Part shown: in pieces, positions 1 to 10,157 of the stretch
How the letters are laid out: the number at the start of each line of letters is the position of its first letter
Position numbering within the stretch: position 1 is the stretch's first letter
DNA from: a bacterium
GTDB lineage: Bacteria; UBA8248
Assembly: GCA_965204535.1 (NCBI GenBank)
Contig: CBDBEV010000001.1
Span: 928,001 to 992,000 of the forward strand
DNA length: 64,000 nucleotides
Direction of reading: 5' to 3'
Translations under genes and position numbers: made by a program
The notes under the pieces: generated by a model
Seen by the model: the letters and a program-made list of their open reading frames with translations, nothing else
What the model was told of the DNA's origin: nothing
The model's database searches: none

Positions 1-1094
1 GCGTCCGCGTCGGTGAGCGGGTCGGGGGAGATGAAGATTCCCGACTCGCCCGATATGCCGACCTGCACTCTTACTTCGCACTCCCATAGCGCCTCGGCGA
101 CCTCATCTCGCGATTTTCCGAGCGCATCCTCATCAATTTCGATCACGACTTCGGGCAAATCCTGCCCCAGGGAGTTGGGGCGCCTCACGCGGGCTGATAA
201 TCCATTCATCCCGGCTGTGCGCTCCATGAAGAACTCGCACCACCGCTCGTTGTGGACGTACTGGGCGGCCTCGCCGCCATTGAAATAATGCTCGAACGCC
301 GCGAGCAGGCCCACGACGTCGTCGCGCCCCGCCTTCATGGGCCGACCGACCGAATACCTGGGGCTTCCCATCATGGCGCAGGCTTGGACGATCTCCTTCT
401 TGCCCAGGATGACGCCTGTGTTCTGCGGTCCGCCGATGCTCTTCCCCCCGCTGAAGATGGCGGCGTCGGCCCCCATCTCCTTCGTGTAGCGCCAGAGATT
501 GGCGGACGGCGGAAGCTGCGACGCCGCGTCCACGACCACGGGGACGTTCTTGCCGTGCGCGATCTCGATGATGGTCTCGAGCTTCAGGATGTTTCCGCCC
601 GCGTAGCGGCCCGGGAAATAGAAGACGCCCGCCGTCTTCTCGCCGATGGCCTCTTCTAACTCCCAGGGGTGGGTCTGGCGGTGCGAGCCGATCTCGACGA
701 GCCGCGCCCCCGCCTGGCGGATGTTGATGTCGTAGTGGTTTCGCTGGAAGCGGTGGATGACGATCTCGTTCTTGAGACCGTCGGTGAAGGGGAGCCTGTC
801 CATGAGGGCCGGGTTTCCGCCCGTGATGCAGGCGGCAGCACAGAGAACGAGACCGGCGGCGGAGCCGCTCGTGACGTAGGCCGCCTCGTTCTGCGTCATC
901 TGCGCGATGCGCGCGCCCGCTTTCGCGTGGAGTTCGTTCATGTCCACCTGGGCGGCGTTCGCCTCCTGCATGGCGGCCCAGATTTCCGGCCTCATTTTCG
1001 AGCCGCCGAAGACAGTCTGGCGCGTGCGCGCGCTGATGACGCGGCGGATTCCCAGGTCGTTCAGGAATTCGGGGTCTTGATGGGATTCGTTAAT
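1..1094 (-). CDS. SelA-like PLP-dependent enzyme (DgaE/SelA-related); 3' end runs off the window; probable ATT start
   Basis: Hand translation of the minus strand (absent from the ORF track): LGIRRVISAR..FGGS, EAAYVTSGSAAGL, VVDAASQLPP and the PLP-lysine motif AIFSGGKSIGGPQNTG. AAGGAG lies 7 nt before ATT at 1094. Confidence 0.8.
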   Translation of the reverse strand, partial: MNESHQDPEFLNDLGIRRVISARTRQTVFGGSKMRPEIWAAMQEANAAQVDMNELHAKAGARIAQMTQNEAAYVTSGSAAGLVLCAAACITGGNPALMDRLPFTDGLKNEIVIHRFQRNHYDINIRQAGARLVEIGSHRQTHPWELEEAIGEKTAGVFYFPGRYAGGNILKLETIIEIAHGKNVPVVVDAASQLPPSANLWRYTKEMGADAAIFSGGKSIGGPQNTGVILGKKEIVQACAMMGSPRYSVGRPMKAGRDDVVGLLAAFEHYFNGGEAAQYVHNERWCEFFMERTAGMNGLSARVRRPNSLGQDLPEVVIEIDEDALGKSRDEVAEALWECEVRVQVGISGESGIFISPDPLTDAD

Positions 1095-1105
1095 CGCCTT
1101 GCTCC

Positions 1106-1852
1106 TTAGCCTGTGGTGGAATAGCGCAGCGTCGCGCCTTGAAGAGCAGTCCAGGAGGCGCCTTCGGTTTTTCCGTGAAGAGAAAGCGTGTGAAAACCCT
1201 CCTCATCGCGCGCGAAGCGCCTCTCGATTTGAATACTGAATGCCTGCGCCGCATCGCGCGGCGTTATTTCCAGGTCAGCCGATTCGGGCGGCGTGTCGTC
1301 AAGCCCCACGCCCAGAAGCAGCGGCGAGGCGGCCCACGCGCTCCGCACGCGGCCCTCAATTTCGAGACCCGCCTCCTCCTCTCCCCATACGAGAAAAGAG
1401 ACGGAGAGGTCTTGCGATATTTCGCGCCATCCGCCCGGAGGAATCGCCGCATCCACACGCAGCCTTTGCCGCCACTCGATGAGCTTTCTGTTGTGATGGC
1501 TCAGGATGAGCGTCCTGTGCTCGGACCTGTCCGCCCAGTGGTAGTGCCTGGGCCTGTTCTCGTAGGGCCTTCCCATGCCGACGAGGAGCGCCTCTGGATC
1601 GCCGCGCATCACCTCCTCGCCGTCCAGCGTTTCATGCCCCGTGGTCGAGGCGACCAGCTTCACGCGCTCGCGTTTTTCATCCCACGTCGCGTAGACGTAC
1701 TGCACCGTATCGACGGGAGGCCGCGAGGCCACGTTGGGCGGAGGTTCCTGCAGAACACGGGGCTGTCCGCCGATACGGATTTCCTCGCCCCCGTGGCGCA
1801 CGAGTTCGAGCTGGTGAAAGCCCCGGTATTCGAGACGGCACGGCTGGGCCAT
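1106..1852 (-). CDS. hypothetical protein
   Basis: ORF 1106..1903; ATG 1852 (MAQPCR) follows GGAGGAG; its stop overlaps the RBS of the downstream gene. Confidence 0.65.
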   Translation of the reverse strand: MAQPCRLEYRGFHQLELVRHGGEEIRIGGQPRVLQEPPPNVASRPPVDTVQYVYATWDEKRERVKLVASTTGHETLDGEEVMRGDPEALLVGMGRPYENRPRHYHWADRSEHRTLILSHHNRKLIEWRQRLRVDAAIPPGGWREISQDLSVSFLVWGEEEAGLEIEGRVRSAWAASPLLLGVGLDDTPPESADLEITPRDAAQAFSIQIERRFARDEEGFHTLSLHGKTEGASWTALQGATLRYSTTG

Positions 1853-1992
1853 GGAGACTCCTCCACTGGATGCGCTTGAACTTGTGTTCGATGCGCCCAT
1901 CATATCACGATGTGCGCGCGGGATGGATCGTGTATCATGGCGCCGCGCCGCCGACCGGCGGCGTTTTCTTTTATCAAGACAGGAGTTTCGAG

Positions 1993-3036
1993 ATGCGTAT
2001 CATGACCACCCTACCGATGGATGACCTGAAAAAAGCGGGTCCCGCCGCGCGAGAGATCGAAGCGGCCGGCTATGACGGCGCCATGACCATGGAGAACGCG
2101 CACCACCCGTTCCTGCCCCTGGCGGTGGCGGCTGTGGAGACCGAGCGCGTGGAGCTTCTGACCGCCGTGGCCATCGCCTTTCCGAGGAGTCCCATGGTGT
2201 GCGCGAACGCGGCTTGGGACTTACAGGTCGCCTCGGAGGGAAGGTTCGTCCTGGGGCTCGGCCCCCAGATTCGCGCGCACAACGTGCGGCGCTTCAGCGT
2301 GCCCTGGAGCGCGCCCGCAGCGAGGATGCGCGAATACGTGGAATCGCTCCGCGCGATATGGCGCACCTGGCAAAGCGGGGAAAAGCTCGATTACAAGGGC
2401 GAGCACTACCAGTTCAGCCTCATGACGCCCGCCTTCACGCCGCCCTCAGGTGATCAGCCGATGGCGCCCGTCACCATCGCGGCGGTGGGGCCGGGGATGC
2501 TGAAAGTCGCCGGGAGCCGCTGCGACGGCGTGCGTCTGCATCCCTTCTGCACCAACAGGTATTTCGAAGAATTCTGCCTGCCGAGGCTCACGGATGGGTT
2601 CGGGGAGAACGGGATTACGCGCGAGAACTTCGAGATCACCGGCGGCGGCTACGTCGTCACGGGCCGCGATGAGGAGGCCCTGCGCCGCGGGATGGATGAG
2701 GTCAAAGTGCGCCTCGGTTTTTACGGCTCGACGCCCGATTACTGGCCGGTGCTCGAGATGCACGGCTACGGCGATCTGGGCAGAAAACTCAGACAAATGA
2801 CACGCGAGGGCAAGTGGGGTGAACTGGCGGGCGAGATTCCCGACGACCTGGTGCGCCTTTTCGCCGCCGTGGGCGTTCACGGAGAGATCAAAGAAGCGAT
2901 CGAGGCGCGCTTCGGGAACGGCGTCGACACCCTCTACGCGGGCATGCTCCCCACGGCGGATCGCGACCTCCCGCCCGACCTCATCCGGGACATCCAGACG
3001 ATCCCTGTGGCGTTTACAGGGTTTGCGGAGAGGTAG
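1993..3036 (+). CDS. LLM-class, probably F420-dependent, oxidoreductase
   Basis: AVAIAFPRSP, GRFVLGLGPQIRAH, DGVRLHPF, FYGSTPDY motifs; AGGAG before ATG 1993. Confidence 0.85.
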   Translation: MRIMTTLPMDDLKKAGPAAREIEAAGYDGAMTMENAHHPFLPLAVAAVETERVELLTAVAIAFPRSPMVCANAAWDLQVASEGRFVLGLGPQIRAHNVRRFSVPWSAPAARMREYVESLRAIWRTWQSGEKLDYKGEHYQFSLMTPAFTPPSGDQPMAPVTIAAVGPGMLKVAGSRCDGVRLHPFCTNRYFEEFCLPRLTDGFGENGITRENFEITGGGYVVTGRDEEALRRGMDEVKVRLGFYGSTPDYWPVLEMHGYGDLGRKLRQMTREGKWGELAGEIPDDLVRLFAAVGVHGEIKEAIEARFGNGVDTLYAGMLPTADRDLPPDLIRDIQTIPVAFTGFAER

Positions 3037-3051
3037 GGGGTGATGCTTTTG

Positions 3052-3302
3052 GTAGGGACAGGCCCCCGTGCCTGTCCGCCACGCGACGGGATCATATTCC
3101 CACATCGGCAGGACGTAACTGTAGGGACAGGTCGCGACCTGTCCCTACCAAAGTCCGTTTATCGTTCCTGGTCGTACACCCTGTTTATTTGAAACCACTC
3201 CACGACGGACGCAAGGTGGTGCAGGTCGGACATATATGTCCGACATAAATGCGACCCGCACTGTAAAGGCGAAGTACAGGGCCGCATATATGCGGCCCCT
3301 AC
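3052..3302. repeat. cluster of GTAG-type REP-like palindromes
   Basis: GTAGGGACAGGCCCCCGTGCCTGTCC (3052), GTAGGGACAGGTCGCGACCTGTCCCTAC (3121-3148), GTCGGACATATATGTCCGAC, GGGCCGCATATATGCGGCCCCTAC, between convergent genes. Confidence 0.8.
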
Positions 3303-3346
3303 AGGTGGAATTTCTCCTCACTTGCCCGGGTTTGACCTATAAGCCG

Positions 3347-4738
3347 TCACCCCCTCGGCCCGATCATGTTTTCGGGCTTGACGGCGGCGTCGAACTCCTC
3401 GCCCGTCAAGAGGTCGAGGGCGACCGCCGCGTCGCGCAGGGTGCCGCCCTCGGCGAACGCCTTTTTCGCCACCCTGGCCGCGTTGTCGTACCCGATGACG
3501 GGGTTCAGCGCCGTCACGAGCATGAGCGAGTTCTGGAGGTAGGCGTCTATCGCGGGGCGGTTCGGTTCGATCCCCACCGCGCAGTGCTCGTTGAACGAAT
3601 CGCACGCATCGGCCAGCAGACGCACGGAGTTCAGCAGGTTGAAGATCATCACGGGCTTGAAGACGTTCAGCTCGAAATGTCCCGTAGCACCTCCCACGTT
3701 CACGGCCACGTCGTTGCCCATCACCTGGGCGCACACCATCGTCATCGCCTCGCTCTGGGTGGGGTTCACCTTGCCGGGCATGATGGAGCTTCCCGGCTCG
3801 TTCTCGGGGATCAAAAGCTCGCCCACGCCGCACCGGGGGCCGGACGCCAGCATGCGGATGTCGTTAGCGATCTTCATGAGTGAGGCCGCCAGGGTCTTCA
3901 CTGCCCCACTCGCGAAGACGACCGCATCGTGCGCGGCGAGCGCCTCGAACTTGTTGGGCGCGCTTCTAAAGGGAAGCCCCGTCATCTCGGCGATTCTGGC
4001 GGCGGCCTTCTCCGCAAAATCGGGATGCGTGTTCAGGCCCGTGCCCACCGCCGTGCCGCCAAGCGCCAGTTCATAGATGCCGTCCAGCGACATCCTGACG
4101 CGCGCGAGTCCGTTTTCCAGCTGCTGGGCGTAGCCGGAGAATTCCTGGCCGAGCGTCAAGGGAACGGCGTCCATGAGATGGGTGCGGCCGATCTTGATGA
4201 TCGAATCGAAGGCTTCGGCCTTCTGCGCGAGTGTTTCTTTTAGCGTCTCCACGGCGGGGATGAGTCGCTTCGTCATCTGCTCGCCCGCCGCGACGTGCAT
4301 CGCCGTCGGGAAGGTGTCGTTCGAGGACTGCGCCTTGTTCACGTCGTCGTTGGGGTGAATCGGGTCCTTGGAACCCATCTCGCCGCCCGCGAGTTCGATG
4401 GCGCGGTTGGCGATGACCTCGTTGGCGTTCATGTTCGTCTGCGTGCCGCTGCCGGTCTGCCAGACGACGAGCGGGAAATGCGCGTCCAGATCGCCCGCGA
4501 TCACCTCATCCGCCGCCTGTGTGATGAGCGCGGCCTTCTCCGAATCGAGAATCCCCAACTCCTCGTTCGTCACCGCGGCGGCTTTCTTCAGAATCCCCAG
4601 CGCGCGGATGATCTCGCGCGGAAAGCGGTCGCCGCCTATCTTGAAATGAACGAGCGAGCGCGCCGTCTGCGCGCCGTAGTATTTGTCCTCGGGCACCTCG
4701 ATCTCGCCCATGCTGTCGGTTTCGATTCGATGCGACAT
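3347..4738 (-). CDS. fumC: class II fumarate hydratase
   Basis: [30 protein letters not shown] and [11 protein letters not shown] signature. Confidence 0.97.
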   Translation of the reverse strand: MSHRIETDSMGEIEVPEDKYYGAQTARSLVHFKIGGDRFPREIIRALGILKKAAAVTNEELGILDSEKAALITQAADEVIAGDLDAHFPLVVWQTGSGTQTNMNANEVIANRAIELAGGEMGSKDPIHPNDDVNKAQSSNDTFPTAMHVAAGEQMTKRLIPAVETLKETLAQKAEAFDSIIKIGRTHLMDAVPLTLGQEFSGYAQQLENGLARVRMSLDGIYELALGGTAVGTGLNTHPDFAEKAAARIAEMTGLPFRSAPNKFEALAAHDAVVFASGAVKTLAASLMKIANDIRMLASGPRCGVGELLIPENEPGSSIMPGKVNPTQSEAMTMVCAQVMGNDVAVNVGGATGHFELNVFKPVMIFNLLNSVRLLADACDSFNEHCAVGIEPNRPAIDAYLQNSLMLVTALNPVIGYDNAARVAKKAFAEGGTLRDAAVALDLLTGEEFDAAVKPENMIGPRG

Positions 4739-4803
4739 GCTGCCTCCTGCGGATGCGTGATGTGAAGGGTTTGTTGGTCTATGATCTCATCAGGCCGGTC
4801 GCC

Positions 4804-5832
4804 TCACCACATGAGGACGATGCGGCCGACCGGGTCGCCCGCGCGAAGGGCGGCCAGCGCGTCATTGGCGTCCGGCATCGGGGCTTCCTCGGTGATGACG
4901 GCGCGCACGCGGCCGTCGTTCACCAGGCTCGCCGCGTCGGCCACGTCGCGCACGGTGTGGTTGTGCGACGCGACGATCTGGATCCACTTGTAGACGAGCT
5001 GCGCGGGGTCGATCTCCACCTTCTGGCCGAAGGAGTAGCCCAGGATGACGAGGCGTCCGCCGGGTCTTAAGAGATCGATGCACTGCTGGAGCACGGGCGG
5101 CACGGCGGCTCCGCCGACGATCTCGAGCGCGATGTCCGCGCCGAAACCGTTCGTCATGTCCATGACGGCCTTGACCGGGTCGGCCTCCATCGCGTTCACG
5201 GTCTCGAACGCGCCGAGTTCGCGCGCCTTGGCGAGTTTTTCCTCCTTCACGTCCACGGCGATGACGTTCACGCCCAGGTGGCGGAGGATCTGCAGGGCGT
5301 GGAGCCCCAGTCCTCCGACCCCGAAGATGACGGCGCATTCGCCGAGTTCGGGCCGCGCCATGCGGATGGCGTGGAGCGGGGAGCCGAGCGTCCCGCCGAT
5401 GAGGGAAGCCGCCGCCAGCGAGACGTTTTCCCCGACTTTGACGAGGTTCCGCTCCGAGACCGCGACCAACTGGCCGAAGCCGCCGTCTATCTCTATCCCC
5501 AGGCGTCCCGGCGAGTTCAGGCACATCTCCTCGTGGCCGGCGCGGCACATGCGGCAGCGCCCGCAGGTCTGCTTGCTCACGACGACCACGCGGTCGCCCG
5601 AAGTGACGGAATCGACTTCCGCGCCCACTTCGAGCACGATGCCTGAGTTCTCGTGGCCGAGCATCAGGGGCGTGGGGGCCGACTTCACGCTGCCGTCGAC
5701 TATCTTCAGGTCGGTCGCGCAAAGGCCGTTCGCCTTCGATTCCACGAGCACCTGGCGCGGGCCGATCTCGGGCTCGGGCGCTTCCTCGTAGACGAGGGGT
5801 TTGCCGAACTCTTTAAGGATCATGGCCTTCAT
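4804..5832 (-). CDS. zinc-binding alcohol dehydrogenase (MDR) family protein
   Basis: GLCATD, GHE, CGRCRMCRAGHEEMC structural Zn motif, GVGGLG. Confidence 0.9.
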   Translation of the reverse strand: MKAMILKEFGKPLVYEEAPEPEIGPRQVLVESKANGLCATDLKIVDGSVKSAPTPLMLGHENSGIVLEVGAEVDSVTSGDRVVVVSKQTCGRCRMCRAGHEEMCLNSPGRLGIEIDGGFGQLVAVSERNLVKVGENVSLAAASLIGGTLGSPLHAIRMARPELGECAVIFGVGGLGLHALQILRHLGVNVIAVDVKEEKLAKARELGAFETVNAMEADPVKAVMDMTNGFGADIALEIVGGAAVPPVLQQCIDLLRPGGRLVILGYSFGQKVEIDPAQLVYKWIQIVASHNHTVRDVADAASLVNDGRVRAVITEEAPMPDANDALAALRAGDPVGRIVLMW

Positions 5833-5944
5833 GGGCGGTTCCTCCGCTTTTTGTTATCAAGGGGCAAAACCTGCGGCGATTTTAGCAGGCCCGTGGTGGG
5901 GACGCCAGATGGGGTGAGAATTTCGGGGTGATGCCTCGCATTCT

Positions 5945-5972
5945 GTAGGGACAGGTCGCGACCTGTCCCTAC
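5945..5972. repeat. REP palindrome
   Basis: GTAGGGACAGGTCGCGACCTGTCCCTAC, identical to 3121-3148 and 59134-59161. Confidence 0.85.
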
Positions 5973-5975
5973 AAA

Positions 5976-6719
5976 TCACATCCCCAACCCCCCGTCGATT
6001 CGGAGCACGATGCCGGTCACATAGCTCGCCTCGTCCGACGCCAGGAAGACGAACCCCGCCGCCATCTCCTCGGGCTCGCCCCACCGGCCGAGGCAGATGC
6101 GCTCGAGGTACTTCGATTCAAAGCGTTCATCCGTGCGAATCGTCTCCGTCATCGGGGTGATGGCCGCGGGCGAGACGCAGTTCACGGTGATGTTGTGGCG
6201 CCCCAGCTCGCGGGCCGCGCTCTGCGTCGCGCCGACGATGCCCATCTTGGCCGAAGAATAATTGATCTGGCCGATGGTGCCGCGAAGCCCGGCGCCCGAG
6301 GTGACGTTGATGATGCGGCCCTCTTTCCGGGGGATCATGCGCTTGGCCGCCGCGTGGATGCCCGTCCAGGTGCCCTTCAAGTGCACGGCGATCACGGAGT
6401 CCCACTGTTCTTCGCTCATCTTGTGGAGCATGGCCGCGCGCACGATGCCGGCGTTGTTCACCATCACGTGAATCGGTCCGTGCGCGGCCTCGGACGCGTC
6501 GAGCGCGCCCTCGACTTCTTCTAAGCTGCTTACGTCGGCCTTGTGGAAGAGCGCCTCGCCGCCTGCCTCGCGAATCAAGCGCGCCGTCTCCTCGCCGCCC
6601 TTCTCGTTCATGTCGACGACGAGCACCTTGGCGCCTTCTTCAGCGAAGCGTTGGCAGACAGAGCGTCCGATGCCCTGCGCTGCGCCCGTCACGAGGGCGT
6701 TCTTGTCTTTCAGTCTCAT
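5976..6719 (-). CDS. FabG-like short-chain dehydrogenase/reductase
   Basis: TGAAQGIG, VNNAG, YSSAK; start at MRLKDK. Confidence 0.9.
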   Translation of the reverse strand: MRLKDKNALVTGAAQGIGRSVCQRFAEEGAKVLVVDMNEKGGEETARLIREAGGEALFHKADVSSLEEVEGALDASEAAHGPIHVMVNNAGIVRAAMLHKMSEEQWDSVIAVHLKGTWTGIHAAAKRMIPRKEGRIINVTSGAGLRGTIGQINYSSAKMGIVGATQSAARELGRHNITVNCVSPAAITPMTETIRTDERFESKYLERICLGRWGEPEEMAAGFVFLASDEASYVTGIVLRIDGGLGM

Positions 6720-6747
6720 GGAATTCCTCTCTTTCCGTTCTGTGGAT

Positions 6748-7149
6748 TCAGTCGAGCCAGGCCTGGGCCTCGCCCCTGGTGACGACGCGGCCACTTAAGT
6801 CTACCGCCTCGATCTCGCAGGCGGCGTATTCCCGGCCGTTCTCTTTCGCGATGTCGGTCACGACGCCCCGGCAGGTGATGACCTCGCCGAGCTTCACCAT
6901 GCCCTGAAAGCGCACTTCGAGCCGCTTGTAGCTTCCCGCGCCGAAGGCGGTTTCGACGAATTGCCCCAGAAAGCCCATCGAGAGCATCCCGTGGGCGATG
7001 ACGCCCTCGAGGCCGCCCGCGCGCGCCGCCTCGTCGTCATAGTGGATCGAGTTGTAATCTCCGCTCGCGCCGGCGTATTTCACGAGCTGCGTCCGCGAAA
7101 CCGGATCCTTCACGAGTTCGGGGAGGGTATCTCCCTTCTGGTAGCGCAT
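6748..7149 (-). CDS. MaoC-family (R)-hydratase/dehydratase
   Basis: YAGASGDYNSIH..IAHGM hydratase motif; start MRYQKG. Confidence 0.88.
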   Translation of the reverse strand: MRYQKGDTLPELVKDPVSRTQLVKYAGASGDYNSIHYDDEAARAGGLEGVIAHGMLSMGFLGQFVETAFGAGSYKRLEVRFQGMVKLGEVITCRGVVTDIAKENGREYAACEIEAVDLSGRVVTRGEAQAWLD

Positions 7150-7159
7150 CGTCTCTCCT

Positions 7160-7594
7160 TCAGTTCCGGAACCGCCGGAGCGACACCCACTTGCCGCCGC
7201 CCACGCGGGAGCCGTCGCGCGCATCGAGAAACTCGTATTCGCGCTCGACGAATACGAGGTCGCCCGTGCGGCCCGATTTTTCAGTGATGTCGATGATGGT
7301 GAAGGATACGTCCAGTTCATCGCCCGCGCGGATGGGCCGCTCGACCTCATAGACCTGTGAGGCGTGCAGACCCACGTCGCCGAAACCAGGCGGCAGATCG
7401 GGGTAGGCGTCCTTGGGCCGGAAGGTGGTGGGAAACGTCGGCGGCGCGACCGCATCCGGCCCCCGGTAGGCGGGGTTATCGTCGCCGACCGCGTCCGCGA
7501 ATTTCTCAATCGCCCCCTGCTCGACCCGGACGCGGTAGGGGCCGTGCTTTCGCCCCACCAGGGCGCGTATTTCGGGCGTGATTCTCGTGCTCAT
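7160..7594 (-). CDS. MaoC N-terminal-type hotdog protein
   Basis: FADAVGDDNPAY..APPTF, GLHASQ..RPIRAGD. Confidence 0.85.
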   Translation of the reverse strand: MSTRITPEIRALVGRKHGPYRVRVEQGAIEKFADAVGDDNPAYRGPDAVAPPTFPTTFRPKDAYPDLPPGFGDVGLHASQVYEVERPIRAGDELDVSFTIIDITEKSGRTGDLVFVEREYEFLDARDGSRVGGGKWVSLRRFRN

Positions 7595-7607
7595 GCGGGT
7601 CCTCTCG

Positions 7608-9716
7608 TCAGGGATGCGTCTTCATCCGAACATCCACGGCGATGCAGCCTTCCGCCGCCGCGATGAGCGGGTTCAAGTCCATCTCGGCGACTGTATCTTC
7701 TAATTCTGTCGCCAGTTCGGAGATTTTGACCATTATATCGGATATGTGCGGAATTTGAACGGTTGGCCCGCCCCGGAAGCCGTCGAAGATGACGCGCGAG
7801 CGGAGTCTTGAAAGAGCGCTTTCGGCCTCTCTTGCGTCGAAAGGCGGCAGCAGGCGGGCCACGTCCGAGAGGGCTTCGACGTACACGCCGCCCAGCCCCG
7901 CCGTCACGCACGGACCGAAAGTCGGGTCGTTCGAGATGCCGACGAGGAGTTCCAGGCCGCCCTCGATCATCTCCTGCACCAGAAGACGCGCATCATAGCT
8001 GAGGGCTAGCAGTTTTTGAGCTGCGCACAGAACCTCATCAGGCGTGTTAAGACCTAAAATGACGCCGCCCGCTTCCGTCTTGTGCGAGAGGTTGTCCGAT
8101 ACGACCTTGAGGGCGATGGGCGCTTTATACTTTTCCCACGTTTTGAGCGCTTCTTCGGACGTTTCAACCAGGGTTTCCTTCGGTCTCGGGACGCCGTAGA
8201 GATCGAGAATTTCCGCACAGGTCTCGGACGGAAGAAAGCCGTCGGGAGAGGGAATACTCTCTCGTATGATTCGCTTCGCTTGCTCCGCCCGCGCAGGGTC
8301 GAGCGAGCGGGGCCGGGAGGCGGCCGCCTCGCGCGCGTTTTTGAGCGAGTGGAGGGATTCGAGTCCTCGAATCGCGCGGGAATAATCGCCGAATACGGGC
8401 ACGGAGGCTTCTCTTAAGTTTTGTATCTGCTCGCGCGGCCCGGTGAGCCAGGCGAATGCGACGGGCACGGGCGAGGCTTCGAAGAGCGCCTTCACCTCCG
8501 CGGCTATCTGCTCGCCCACGTGGTGGTAGACGCCCATCATGAAGAGCAGGGCGTCCACGTTCTCATCCCCCGCCACGGCTTCGCCCGCTGTCTTGAGCGG
8601 CTCGCTCTCGGGCTTGCTGACCATGAGGGATACGAGGTCGACCGGATTGTCCTTGGGCGCGTAGTCGGGCAGGACGCCCGCGAGTTTTTCCTGTGTTTCC
8701 CCTGCGAGGATGGGGAGCGTGAGGCCCGCCTCGGTGCTTAAGTCCGCAGCGAGCGAACCCAGCCCGCCCGAGAAGCTTAAAACCCCCACTCCGTTTCCTG
8801 CGATGGGCTTACTGCGCGCGAGGAAATCCGCTATCTCGATGAATTCATCCATAGAACCCAGCACCTGAATCCCGTATTGCGCGGCGAAGGCGTCGAAAAC
8901 GTCGCTCGAAGTGGTGATGGCGGCGGTGTGGCTGCGCGCGGCGCGCGCGCCTTCTTCTGTCTTGCCGCCCTTTAAGAGGACGATGGGTTTTTCCTGCTCC
9001 AGCGCGCGCAAGGCGGCTTGTTTCAGGCGTTCCCCGTCGCGCACGGATTCGAGATACCCGCAGATGACGCGCGTGTGCGGGTCGTCGATGAAGTATTCGA
9101 CGCATTCCGCGAAATCCACGTCCACCTCGTTGCCGAGGCTCACGAGGCTGCTGATGCCCGAGCCGCTCTCCTGAAAGCCCGTGAGCATGCACGCCCCCAT
9201 CGCTCCGCTCTGGGTGACGAGGGCCACCGCGCCCGGGATGAGCGGGTCGTCGTCCCGGATGGATATCGTGAACGTCGCCATGAGCTTTGAGCGCACGTGC
9301 ACCACGCCCATGCAGTTGGGGCCGAGTACGCGCATCCCCGATGCGTCGCGGAGCGCGAGGATTTTCTCCTGTAGCGCCACGCCTTCCGCACCCGTTTCCG
9401 CAAAGCCCGAAGTGATGACGGCGGCGGCCTTGACGCCGCGCTCCGCGCACTGGGCGAGGGCGGGAATCACGTCTTCCCGCGGGGTGCAGATGAGGGCGAA
9501 CTCGGGCGCTTCGGGGAGGGAGGCGACGTCGGGGTAGCATTTTAAGCCCGCTATCTCATCCCGCCTCGGGTTGATGGGGTAGATGGGGCCGGGAAAGCCG
9601 TAGCGCATCGTGAGCCTGAGCGGGATGCCGCCCAGGCGGTTCAAGTCGGAGGCCGCGCCCACCACCGCGAAGGATTCCGGGTGAAACAGGCTCGTAAGGG
9701 ATTCGGGCGTGCTCAT
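7608..9716 (-). CDS. acetate/acyl-CoA ligase (ADP-forming) family protein
   Basis: AVVGAAS, RVLGPNCMG, QSG, ARSHTA, HKTEAGGV, DLNPL ATP-grasp motifs. Confidence 0.92.
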   Translation of the reverse strand: MSTPESLTSLFHPESFAVVGAASDLNRLGGIPLRLTMRYGFPGPIYPINPRRDEIAGLKCYPDVASLPEAPEFALICTPREDVIPALAQCAERGVKAAAVITSGFAETGAEGVALQEKILALRDASGMRVLGPNCMGVVHVRSKLMATFTISIRDDDPLIPGAVALVTQSGAMGACMLTGFQESGSGISSLVSLGNEVDVDFAECVEYFIDDPHTRVICGYLESVRDGERLKQAALRALEQEKPIVLLKGGKTEEGARAARSHTAAITTSSDVFDAFAAQYGIQVLGSMDEFIEIADFLARSKPIAGNGVGVLSFSGGLGSLAADLSTEAGLTLPILAGETQEKLAGVLPDYAPKDNPVDLVSLMVSKPESEPLKTAGEAVAGDENVDALLFMMGVYHHVGEQIAAEVKALFEASPVPVAFAWLTGPREQIQNLREASVPVFGDYSRAIRGLESLHSLKNAREAAASRPRSLDPARAEQAKRIIRESIPSPDGFLPSETCAEILDLYGVPRPKETLVETSEEALKTWEKYKAPIALKVVSDNLSHKTEAGGVILGLNTPDEVLCAAQKLLALSYDARLLVQEMIEGGLELLVGISNDPTFGPCVTAGLGGVYVEALSDVARLLPPFDAREAESALSRLRSRVIFDGFRGGPTVQIPHISDIMVKISELATELEDTVAEMDLNPLIAAAEGCIAVDVRMKTHP

Positions 9717-9725
9717 GCGTGGGTC

Positions 9726-10157
9726 TTAGGCGAGTCGGGCGCCGGCGGTGCCGACCGTTACGGCTGCGCCGTCCTGGTTCGTGAGCGATACGTCGAAGAG
9801 ATAATGCGTGGCGCCCTGGTCGAGCGTTTTCTCCTTGAGTACCGCCTGAAGCGTCAGAACGTCGCCCGGAAATATGGGCTTGACGAAAGAAACGTCCACC
9901 TCACCGCCCGTGATGAAGCCGAAGCCTAAGTGATCGACCATGAGTTCGGTGATGAACGACACCGGGTGGCGGCCCGTCGCCACCGCGCGTGGCAGGCCCG
10001 CTTTACACGCCACCTCATCGTCGGTGTGGATGTTCTTCGTATCCACGCCGCCTGTGACGTAGCGGTTGAACTTGAGGATGTCCTCCCAGTCCACCCCGTG
10101 CGTCCGCTCGGGCAGGGCGTCTCCTGGTTCCAGGTTTTCGGGCAGCGTATCAGTCAT
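9726..10157 (-). CDS. MaoC-family dehydratase
   Basis: NIHTDDEVA..AGL, FVKPIFPGD. Confidence 0.8.
   Translation of the reverse strand: MTDTLPENLEPGDALPERTHGVDWEDILKFNRYVTGGVDTKNIHTDDEVACKAGLPRAVATGRHPVSFITELMVDHLGFGFITGGEVDVSFVKPIFPGDVLTLQAVLKEKTLDQGATHYLFDVSLTNQDGAAVTVGTAGARLA

Noticed and set aside
1-1094. True selenocysteine synthase selA, given the nearby selenoproteins
   Set aside because: It lacks the N-terminal extension of bacterial SelA, and its motifs fit the shorter SelA-like/DgaE group; no symbol assigned.
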